A stretch of 64,000 bases of DNA, from contig CM114271.1 in assembly GCA_050084515.1 (NCBI GenBank), forward strand, positions 10,974,001-11,038,000, given 5' to 3'. The number at the start of each line of letters is the position of its first letter. The stretch's first letter is position 1. The position numbers and the translations under genes are program-made. This stretch comes from Blasia pusilla. Taxonomy: Eukaryota. The notes under the pieces were generated by a model. It saw only the letters and a program-made list of their open reading frames with translations. It had not been told where the DNA came from and did not search any database. Positions 51,050 to 61,759 of the stretch are shown piece after piece.

Positions 51050-54000
51050 CCTGGTCCAACCCTCTCTCCCCGCTCGCCCGGACGATTCCGCCTCTCGCCT
51101 TAAATTCTCAGCCTTTTTTTAGGAAGACACGGCCTCGAAATTCTTCGATCCCCTCACCTTGGCTTTGAGACCCGTTGTAGATTTGTCCTTGGCGGTGACG
51201 ACCTTGGAGACCAACTCAAATGTCCTGAGGGCTTGCTCCTCCGCATCTCCTTCGAAAAAGTCTTCAGGCTGCACGAATTTGAGGATGTCGTCTCTACCTG
51301 CAGCCATTGCATCATAAACCCGTCAAACATTGTTATCGGTGATGTCCTCGGGGTCGTTGAAGTCCAGCCAGATCGGGAAATTCTCCACCTCCCAGTCGGA
51401 CATGCTTTGAGCCATCTCCATGTCGTACATGGAAAATGTCTCTCCATCAGGCGGCGAAGCCCACAATTTGCAGGCTGCTGGTATTTTTTTCCACGTACCT
51501 GCATTCTTACAATGGACGAGGTACCTGAACACCATGCGTTGGAAAGCTCTTTGTCAAGATGCATCGGCCGCCTGCTCCTAAAGATCTCACTTTTTCTTTG
51601 CGAAATTCCTTTTCTTCGCCTCTATTTATTCATCAAGGTCTGCCTGAGGGAGGATGTGATCCTTGAACATCGTCTTGAAGCCTGGGTTTTTTATGGGCTT
51701 ATCTCGGATGTCATCCAGCCAAAGTTTGAAATCTTCAACACTCTCCAGGTTTGCTTCCTCCGGAATTGGCTCTATTTTTTTGAGCTCTGCTTGGAGACCC
51801 ACGAGCACGGACTTCTCGAGAAGCCGCAACGCATCCAAGAATGACCATTCACGGAGCCAGTGGGAGATCACTGGATCAGAGAAACCCGGAGGATGGTGTG
51901 CCGCCCTCTTTTGGGCCTCTGTGCCCTCGAGACTGATTTTCATCAGTCGGATTCTCCTAAATTCTGAAATTCCAGACAAGGAAAATCTATGCACGCGGTC
52001 AAGAGACACTTTCTCCCCAATCCGAGCTTGCGGATCTTCATCCCTCTTCCGTTGGCGCTTGATTATCGCCTTCAGCTCCTTGTAGAAATCGGGGCCAAGT
52101 TCGGGGTTGAGAATGGCGATGTAGCGCTACATCTTGCTTGCACTGTACTTCGTAGATGCAGATATTGCAGCTTGTATGAACTTAGCACGCTCCGACGCAG
52201 ACACGTTCTCCCTCCGCTCCAGCTCCAATAAAGCGCTCTTCTTGGTGGCATGTATCTTCGACCAGCAAAGGATTGTCACGGCTGCATCTTGGTAAATAAA
52301 TATATTTTCCCAAGTCTTTTTTTTATTTGAGCCCCCTTCGCCAACATCTCATTTACAAGAGCGTCGCCCAAGAACCCCTTGTACTCTCTTGGGTGCGTCG
52401 TTAGCACTTTCTTCACCCGGTCGCAATCCTGGATCCAATGGTGGGTAACGTTCCCCTCGGATACAATCCTGCACATCCAAACACACTATAAGAATTTTTG
52501 CAAGCTACATGGGTTCCTGCAACTCGTCGGACTCCGACAGGTCACTACACCTCATGGTTGAAATGATAGCTAAGAGCTAAATATTGCAACCCATCGGAGT
52601 CCGGCGGATTTCATTTAGATTTGTGATTGCCTGGTTACATCTCGTCGGACTCCGACGGGTTGTCAAATGATTTGTATTCAGAGAGTGGTTTCCGCGTAAA
52701 AAGTGAACATATCAACCCGTCAGAGTCCGACAGGTTGCGCAATTTCAAGTAAAGCTACAATTTGACGCCAAAAATCAAGCTCCCCTACTCCGATCACCTA
52801 CCCGTGGCGGCGAATGCAACCCGTCAAAGTCCGACGAGTTGCTTTTGGCCAAAACATCCTTAAAACAGCGGCCAATCAAGCAACTCGTTGGACTCCGACG
52901 AGTTGCTTTTAGGCATCCGATGTTTTGGTACCACTAGTTAAACAACTCATCGGAGTATGACGGTTTGCAGCAATCAAAATAAAGGAAGAGGAAACTTACG
53001 TGTTCATGGCATGCATGGCCATTTCCAACGTCGCCATGTGATGAGGGTATGGATTTAGCACGATTGCCTTCACGCAAAAATGCGCCTCCAATGAATTTGG
53101 GCGCTCCTGTGCAAACAGGGTTCACGCCATCAACCTGTGGTTTCCATCCCAGATGAAGAAATAGAGGTTCCCATCCAGCTGAATTCCGTCCCCTCAACCA
53201 CTATTATGAATTCCTGATCTCTCATCCTCCACAATGTGTCGAGCGCTTCCAAGTCCTCCTCCGTCACCAGCGCTTGGGTTCCATGTTGATCGTAAGGCTG
53301 AACATAGAACGGAGGGAAGCTGTCGACGTAGGATGTTGTCGCTGCCGACTGTTTCAGCTTCGCAATATCCTCGTCAGACTAAATTTCGCGGACATACTCC
53401 ATTGTCTGCAATCGGAAAAGTGGAATTCTCGGGGCGTTCTAGCCCTCCATCACTGCCATCTGCTTTACAACCTGTCACAACGCGGACAAAGTCAATAAAC
53501 TACACTCAATTGCTAATGAATTGCAATATAGGCCTTCACATAACTCAAAGATCAAAGACTGTCTCTTATACGCTCAAAGATTGGGTTGGTATCTTGGCCC
53601 GCCAACTGCTCTAGGACAACATCTGGCAAGTCCACTGGAAACTCGTCGATCCGATAGAGGTTGATTTCTTCCGTCGGGCTCAGAGATGAGGAAGACTGCT
53701 CTCTTGCTTCTTCAAATATGTCCACAATCTCCACGCTGGCGGTCCTCATGACCTCATCGTCCGTCACTTGAACTTCGGCCGTTTCCTCAGCCGATTTTAT
53801 ATTGATTGTGTCCCCAGACTTCATCGGGGATATTTCTTGCATCTCAACACTTTTGGTTGGACGGGTCGGGCTTTCTTCAATGGCAATCATTTTTTCCCTT
53901 CGAGCTTTTTCCAATTCTGCTCTCCTCACTGACGCGTCTAGACACTTCTTTTCACGCTTCTCCTTGGCGATCCTTTTCTTCAAGGCCTGCAACGCCTCAG

Positions 54001-54250
54001 CCTCTGCGTTCTATTTTTCAAGCGCCTCCTTAACACGTTTTGCAAGAAGCTCATCCCTGTGCATTTCCGCTTCCCTTTCGCGCTCCTCGATCTCTTGCTG
54101 CCTTATCTCATTGGCCAAACGAGGCCCTTGAGATGGTGACAAAGGAGTCATGGACTTGGGATTGAAGCTCCCAACCTTCCTTGCTTGAGATATTTTCCTC
54201 GTCATTGTTCCCGAAAATGCCTCCTCCTCTACAACAAAATTACTTTCTGT
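51050..54250 (-). pseudogene. MULE cargo gene: coiled-coil N-terminus, ParB/Srx-like domain, helical region (MTase part deleted in this copy)
   Basis: Exon 53471-53000 translates, with stops and one frameshift, as RIPLFRLQTMEYVREI*SDEDIAKLKQS..PFYVQP..YFFIWDGNHRLMA*..HFCVKAIVL..AMHAMNT. DGNHR is at 53148-53134. The GT-AG intron 52999-52469 joins in phase to IVSEGNVTHHW. It continues through ORFs 51626-52009, 51323-51535 and 51119-51307. Confidence 0.75.
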
Positions 54251-54528
54251 GCACGATGATTCGCCTCGATGAGTCTCCTTGATGAGTCGCTCGGATCATT
54301 TCGCGATGAGTCGCTCGAATCGTCTCGCGATGAGTCATCTTGTAAAGCGCCTCTTTGTATCTGGTCTGCTGCTGCGCTGAAGAGCAATCGAGATCGCGAA
54401 AGAAAAAACCGGAAATGAGCAAACCCCCGCCTATTTTTACTTTTCGAGCTGTTGAGCTGACCGTTGGGTCGCATCATCATTCCGACAGCGACGTGTCGGC
54501 CGTAATGCAAGTTTGCACATGAAAACCA

Positions 54529-54965
54529 CCAACTCAACGGTCTCCGACGGGTTGGAGGCATCTGTCCTCCTCGGGTTAAAAAGCCGAGCTATCCTGGCAA
54601 TCCGTCGGAGTCCGACAGGTTGTGCGCCTTCGCCGTCTTGGGGCAAGAACGCGAGGTACCCGCGCAACCCATCGGAGACCGGGGGGTTGCACGCTTTCCT
54701 TGTCTTGGGATAACAAGGTGGGGTACCCGCACAACTCCTCGGAGGCCAACGGGTTGCACGCTTCCTTCATGTAAGCGTTAGAAGGCGAGGCACTTGCGCA
54801 ACTGGTCAGAGGCCGACGGGTTGCACGCTTCCCTCATCTTGGGGTAATAGGCGAGGTACCTAGGCAACCCATCGATTACTGACAGGTTGCACTCTTTTCT
54901 ATCCCTCGGGTAACAATGTGACAACAGATAGTTCCGAGGCAACCTCTTGCAATCTGACGGGTCAC
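54529..54965. repeat. Array of seven 27-bp palindromes at about 67-bp period between the divergent MULE genes
   Basis: Copies at 54529, 54597, 54664, 54731, 54798, 54864 and 54939. Consensus GCAACCCGTCGGAnTCCGACGGGTTGC. Confidence 0.85.
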
Positions 54966-55312
54966 AAGGTCTACCCTGAGTTAGACAATACCGTAACAGT
55001 CCCCATCGATTAGTTGAGATAATCTAGCCAGTGATTGCAGACCAGAAAGTATGGAATCTCTTACCTCTAGCAAATGGTCAATACAGAGTTTACGGCTTGC
55101 CTCTGAATTCCTAAGTTTCCCAAGTAGACGGTCGAGAATTTCCTAGTCCACCGATCTCTACGTTTGCAACTCCTAGCTCATTAGATCCGGCATCGACTCC
55201 AACTTCACACGTTTGTAATAATGTTGTACTTCCTGAAGATATTCCGGATGTCGTCAACCTCAGTGGATCTGTCGGACACCAACCGGGCCCTCTATGCGCC
55301 TACTCGTTCCTC

Positions 55313-58300
55313 TTGCGAGTATTAGGAAATAGTTTGCTATTGTCTCTAGCGTTGAAAATTTTCAAGCACATTCTTGTTGACGAGCTACCGCCCACGTACA
55401 ATGGTAATTTCATTTTTGAGATGCCTCCACTTGCTGCTCCTGCTCAAAAGAAAGATGGAGGACGCTTGAAGGGTATGGACAGAAAGTCTGATTGTCATCG
55501 ATGGTGCAGACTTCAACGGACTAGTGCTTCAATTCCAGATGGTCCTTGGATTGTCTCTCGCCGCCAATGGGTTGGAGCCTTGGAGTGTAGAAGTCCAGCA
55601 TGCCCGTATCTAGAGCGCAACGAGCGGGTCAATACGTCACAATTTCCTCCCAAGAATGCACAAACTCTATATGAGGTCGGTGCCACCATACCGCGGGGAG
55701 GCCATCCATGTCCTCATTGTGAGACATCCCCTTTCTACGTTGGAGCGTGTCCTGCATACATATTTTTCATTGTCCATGACTTGGGTTCCACGTTAGAGTA
55801 CACAAGGCTGGCAATTCATGTTGGCTCCCACACTCATCTTGTGACCGATGCAATTCTGAGACACATCAAGGAGGATGTGGCGAAGAAAGTGGCCGAGGTC
55901 TAAAGAAAATCTCCGGGTTCAAAGCCTAGAGTGATTAAGTTAACAACAACATCACAAATTTGTGAACAACTCCTTAGAATCGCTGGACAAGGCGAGATCA
56001 CGGCTATTGAGGAGAAACAACTCTGGGAAAATCTCGCTAATCCTGAATGCTTCCGGAATTCGCTGCGTCAAATACGGGTACTGGATGGAAATACGGCCAA
56101 AATGGATGCCATTGCTAGAATCAAGGCCAACTCTAGATTTCCATCCATTCAGAGATGGCAGTTCATGGGCGAGGGAGGCAAAGGATCCAGGGCCTATGTC
56201 TTCAAATTGTCAACGACAGGTCCGTCGAGTGGCCTCGATCTTATAGATCGGATGAGGGAAGGGGAAGATCTTTACGGCAGCTGGGTAAGTTTGATATTTG
56301 CTACAGAGTCCTGAACGAATGGCTGACAATGGGTGCTCATGTTTATGACCGTGTGAAGAAGGGACTCAAAACTATATTTGTTTGTGAAGTAAAAGCAGAA
56401 GACGTTGGCAGTTTGAACATGTGTTGGTTACTCTTATTGGAGGTGGTGAAGGAAAACAAAAGGCCACCTTCGGAAATTTATGGGTTCATGGCGGACAATG
56501 CACAATCTCGGTGGTTTGCTATCAGGGAAGTGTTTTGGGGTGAGGAGGTTCAACCGGAGAGAGAAAGGTGGGATGCTTTCCATTGGCAACAGTATGTGAC
56601 CCGGTACATCAAATCTTGCATCAAGGAGAATAAGAGGACGGAGCATGTCATTCTACTCCAACGTTGCAAGGACAGAAAAAGCTTGAAACAGGCCATGGAA
56701 TGCCAAGAAGAAATTCATGGGTGGTGGAGGAAACATGCGATTGAGGGGAAGTACAAAGAGTTATGCTCTTGGCTGAGTTGGTGGATTGTATGAATGAGAA
56801 AATGGGGAAACTTCATGCGGGAGGTGAGTTCACTAATTTGTCTCGCTGAAAATTGTTTGAAGAGTTGTAGCTAAAGTTGAGAAGCGTGGGCACTATAGGG
56901 ATTTCAAACCGAAGAAACCAAGCAATTTGTCGGATGCGACAGGTTCCTGAGTGTTCAACTCGTCGCTTAGCGACAGGTTGCCTAAGTGTGCAACCAGTCG
57001 AAAACCGACGGGTTGCAAGTCGCATGGCCAAATTTACTTGCAACCCGTCAGAATCGGACGGGTTGACGGGTTGCTTGAGAGTGCAACTAGTGGGAAAATG
57101 ATGGGTTGACGGGTTGCCTGAGTGTGCAACCAGTCGGAAAAGGACGGGTTGCAAGTCGCATGGCCAAATTTACTTGCAACCCGTCGGAATCGGAGGGGTT
57201 GCACTAGGTGGTTCTTGGGTGTTGCAACACGTTAGGAACCGAGAGGTCGTAGAGTTGTTCATGGGATGCCTTGGCCTTGCAACCCATCTGGTTCCGACAT
57301 GTATCTTATTTCTTTGACTTCTAAGCTATTTTCGTTCCCTTCTCACATTGGGGTCGTTGCGGGCATTGAACATTCATGAAAATGCCCTCTGCCCCAACAC
57401 AAGTGGAGCAGAAAGTGTTCATTCCTCCTAGAGGTCGTCACATGCATGCCAAAGAATTTCATTTGTGGAGGTATGCCAACAAGACCAGGCAAGAGCAATG
57501 CTACAGTCTGCACCATCCCATATCTTCCTACAAAAGGCATAACAAAAGGAAGGGGGCCTTCGATCTACGAGCTCTATGTCAGGGCGGTTGTGAGATCTGG
57601 TGATGAGAAACTCTATGTGGAAGCCTTCAACCGGTGCGTAGCAAGAACTCCCCTCGACCAAGACGTACAAATTGGTGGGGATATTCGTGGGCGCGTTTCA
57701 AGACGTCCCATATAGACGGTGGTAGAGCAGTCCGAGCGAGACTCGTAGAGACTAGATAAGTATCTTGACTTCAGGCAGGTGAAGAGGTAGCATCGAGGAA
57801 CGAATCTGATGATTGATTTGGATGAGGAAATTACGCCGCCCCGGTATTCGAGGACCCCGGATTTCTCCCAAATCCGTGATGGAGTAACTTCTTCAAAATC
57901 AATGAATGTTTTATTTCAAAAGCCCTCTTTTGGTGGAAGATCGCAACATCCGGTGGCTGGGGTGGTTCAACAATATGGGATTTCGGTCATGGAGGTAGAT
58001 TGCAACCTGAAACGGTGGCATATATCTCGGATCAACCCTGGACGTGGATCCACTTGCAAGGCAAGATCTGATGGCATTAGGAGAGCATGCGACACTTTCC
58101 TAAATAAGAACTGTACAAGGACTGGACGACCACTGCCTCGGTTTTGGGGACTCAAACCCTTTGATCGTTTCACAAGGACTAGGGATCAATTGAAGCACTT
58201 CTTCTACCCAAATAAATCTTGCGCTTTCTGCAAGACTTATCTGGTTGCCATTGGAGCTCCGGGGAATACCCCCACAATTTGGCCCATTACCGGAGGTATG

Positions 58301-58870
58301 AATTGCACTCAAGACGAAGTGGACAATCTTACAAGTGCCAGTTTCAGACTCGTTGACGGAGAAAGTTCAGAGCATGTTCGTATTACAAAGACCTTCGCAT
58401 TTCGTAATCAACCCAAGATTGATGTCAACATGTACCCGGAGAAGGTGGATGATCTCAATCCACTATTTCTGTTTGAGTCTAGAAATGGGGTGAAGAGAAA
58501 CAGAATGTGTAGGCCAACGGTGGAGAGAGCAAAGCGAATTGCATTAGCTCAAGAGGCAAAAATGGAGATCATTGCCACAAAAGATGTCCACAATGGCAAT
58601 GGAATAGGAAGGATATATTTGGGTCATGAACAACACTGTAAATTCAAGTGTCACAGAGGTGTATGTGGTGTACATCTGTTGCTTTCCCACATGTGCATGT
58701 GATGACTTTGTCCAAAGAGAGACAAGTGGCAAAAGGTATTTCCCTTGCAAGCACATGTACTATGTGTTGCTTGTAGCTTTAAGAGAGTCGAAGGTAGGAG
58801 TATGAATCCACCAACCAATTCTCTCCCTCAAAGAAGTGCAAAGTTTTCTCAACAAACCACTCCGAGGATG
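55313..58870 (+). pseudogene. MULE-family DDE transposase with GCM/WRKY-like Zn domain and SWIM finger (start approximate)
   Basis: N-terminal DCHRW..TS..GALECRSPACP..CPHC..CPA..IHVGSHTH. Core FDICYRV, GFMADNAQSRWFAIREVF and DAFHWQQ. Intron donor at 56824. PNTSGAESVHSS (E at 57411). C-terminal CACDDF..PCKH SWIM (about 58693-58757). Confidence 0.8.
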
Positions 58871-59288
58871 CAAAATGAGGTTTTAGATTGTACTTTCATT
58901 TTCCAAAACCTTCACTTTGAGCTTGAACTCTATTCAGCCCAAGGCAAATGATAGATTTTTTCCAGACCTTGGATGGAAAAAGTGATTGGTTCCACACTTA
59001 TGATTCTACTGATTTTTTAGTTTTCTAAATTTTGTGCAAATTGCAACTCGTCGGACTCACATGGGTTGCTAAAATGTGGAAGAGGAAAACAAATTTGTGG
59101 GAGTGCTTAAGAATTGAGAAGAAAAATGCAAAAAAAATCACACAAAAAGTTTCCTCTCTTCAATCCAACGGAAACTCTCTTCAAATCATAGGAAACTCTC
59201 TTAAAAAAAAGTAGAAGATAGTTGTAGATAGTTTCCTCTCTCCTATCTTCCTCTCTTCCTCTCCTCTTACCGCACCTCGTCTGTTGAA

Positions 59289-60132
59289 CACCAAGGCCCC
59301 CTTGGTATATCGAATGACCCAAATACTCAATCTGGTCATAGAAGCACTTGCACTTGCCTGGATGTAGCTTCAGCCCATGTAATTGCAATTGTCGAAACAC
59401 CTCCTCTAGATGTTGCTCATGCTCCTCAACTGTGGCGCTAAAGACTACGATGTCATCAACATAACACCTAGCAAAATCCAGACCAGCCAAGATCCTATCC
59501 ATGACCCTCTGAAACTCAGCTGGGATGTTCTTTAACCCAAATGGTAAGAACCGCCATTGGTACAAACAATCCTTCCCGTGAGGATCAATGCCCCAAAATG
59601 TCGTCTTCTGCCTGTCCTCCAATCTGACAGGCAACTAATGGTATCTGGCTCGCAAATCCAATGAATTGGAAACCTTTGCAAGACCAATCGCATCAAAGAT
59701 CTCCTGAGGGATGGGCATGGCATACCTATTGGACTTCGTCTGCCTATTGATAGGTCGGTAATCCCCACACATCTGCCTATCCGTCCAGTAACCATGCACA
59801 TCCTTCTTGGCGGGCATGACAATGGCAGATACATACTTCCTATGCGACATCTCCACTAGTCTTGCTCCAACCAAGTCCTGGCTCCTACTCTGAATCAGAG
59901 CCCTCTCCACATCACTGTACCTATAGCGTCGTCGGAAGATCGGCATATCACTTGATAACTCAATGCGGATCCCCAGTCCCTTCAGCGTATCCAAATCCTC
60001 CATGCTAAACGCAAAGCAACTCCTATAACTCCGGAGGAACTGATGTATTCGACGCCGCTCCCCTCCTATCAACTTAGGGCCCATATTTGGCTCCCAAGTC
60101 TCCATCGTGACTACGGTAGGACTCTCCGGCAC
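59289..60132 (-). pseudogene. Gypsy copy B reverse transcriptase
   Basis: MCGDYRPIN, LDLRARYH, LPFGLKNIPAEFQRVMD, YVDDIVVFS, YLGH. Confidence 0.95.
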
Positions 60133-60449
60133 GGATATCAGTGGTTGCTATGGTGCAATCCCGTCTCGAACAACAACACTTGACCGCTCTCCTACAGCCA
60201 ACTGCAAACTCTGATCTCCTCCACATGCAGTGCCTGGAACCACGCTCGATGTGGTGGCTATAATCTCTTGGCGTACCTGCAAAACATCCCAAGAAGTCCA
60301 AGGGTGTTTCTCTCAATCTCCCTTGGTGTGTCGATCTCCTCGGGTCTCGTCAGCGTTGGGCTCCACAAACCTCAGCCACTGCCTCCACCGTCTTGGTAGG
60401 CATGGGGCTCACCAACGCAACCGTTGTGATCTGTCGCGATCTCATCTGA

Positions 60450-61420
60450 CGCTGCTCAGCCACTCCCAAGCTGAAGATCCATGTCAAGCAGTTCAGGTCC
60501 ATGGCCTGACCCAAGACATGGCGTCGTGATGCCTCTGATACTGATGGTACTATCGTCACTCCTGTGGGAAATCCCATCGCCCGCTCTGTCTCGTCAGCGT
60601 TGGGCTCCACAAACCTCTGAACCAGGTCATCCCAAACCAAGCCAGGACCGACCTCCTTATATGCATAGGAAGCGGGAAAACTCATAAACGTGGGAAAGGC
60701 TACCCGCGGCTTGCCTACCCTGTTGATCATAGTCAACGGTGGTCGATCATTATGCCTTACTGCCTGTGAGCGACGACCTGGATCCCGAATGGAATCCACT
60801 AACAATTGGGAGGGGTGCTCCACTCTTGCATACGCCCTCCGTAACACCGCATGGGGCACCAAATTGGTCCACCATAGACACGGGCGATGGGCTCTAGAAC
60901 CTACACTCGCCGCATCCAAGAACACTGTTAGGCCGATTCAGGCACGCACGTGATGAGCACTCATCACCACCCGTGACCTGGAGTCTCCTAAGATGGGCAC
61001 ATTCTCCAGAATATAGGCTGGAGAACGAGACTGGTGCTCTTGCAACTGCCGTAAGACTCTCAACATCTCCCAAAATAAACTAGACCGAGTATCAGCCAAC
61101 CCGCTGCTTCGTCCAACACTCGATTGGCCCTAACATGGCCAACCAGAAATGATCAAATCAATTGTCCCTACCCGCTCTAAGTCCTACGTCCCCAACAACA
61201 AAATATCACTCAGTAGGGAACTCTGGTATCCCTGTAACGCGGACGCAGACAATAAGTCGGGAAAACGTAGGCGTAATTGTGCCACATGTCCTAGTGAGAC
61301 GCCCCTCGCAACATCATCACTCTCCACATACAGGTAATATTGTACTCACACTCCTGCTTGCAAAACAACAGCTAATCCGATGCTTATCCCTCCAAAGAGA
61401 TCTAACACTCGAATACCCTC
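60450..61420 (-). pseudogene. DNMT3-like C5-cytosine DNA methyltransferase domain inside gypsy Pol (copy B)
   Basis: Motifs in canonical order: I IRVLDLFGGIS; II YLYVESD; IV IDLIISGWPC*G; VI AYILENVP; VIII FLDAASVGSRAHRPCLWWTNL; IX ETERAMGFP; X RRHVLGQAMD. Confidence 0.92.
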
Positions 61421-61759
61421 CTCCGAGGTACACCACACAATGGGTGTGGTATCCAAGGGTGTCATTGTAGCACTCCCTGCTACCTCGGGTTACTCAGACC
61501 TGTCATGCTCCGGTGCAAATGCCTCGCTCCACGCGGTTTGCACGTGCTCATCTACCAATCGTCGAAGCTCCTCAATCGAGCCCCACAGCGGCACCTCTCC
61601 TCCATGGAATGATGCGGCTACCATAACACTCCTCTCCATAGAAATGTCAGGAATGGGAGTATCCTCTGCATGGACATGTCCCTCAATCAAATCACTAGGC
61701 CAAGTGATGGCATTGCTAAATGCTGCTAAGGTTGCCATCTCTCCTGGCCGTTGCTCGAT

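Larger units (their letters stand above)
49615..59278 (+). mobile_element. Mutator-like (MULE) DNA transposon, both termini present, two divergent genes
   Basis: 10-bp TSD GTTTGCTGAA (49605-49614) / GTCTGTTGAA (59279-59288), with two C/T mismatches. G-initiated termini with GA-rich inverted subtermini. The same ends appear independently at 4089, 2528 and 1077. Confidence 0.92.

Noticed and set aside
54529-54965. CRISPR array (27-bp palindromic repeat plus about 40-bp spacers)
   Set aside because: The repeats are degenerate, the spacers resemble each other, no cas genes are present, the context is eukaryotic, and the same motif is dispersed irregularly in introns.
60450-61420. Host DNMT3/DRM gene or bacterial contamination
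   Set aside because: It is intronless and colinear with gypsy protease and RT, sits upstream of RT in both copies, decays like the TE, and shares a contig with a spliced plant gene.
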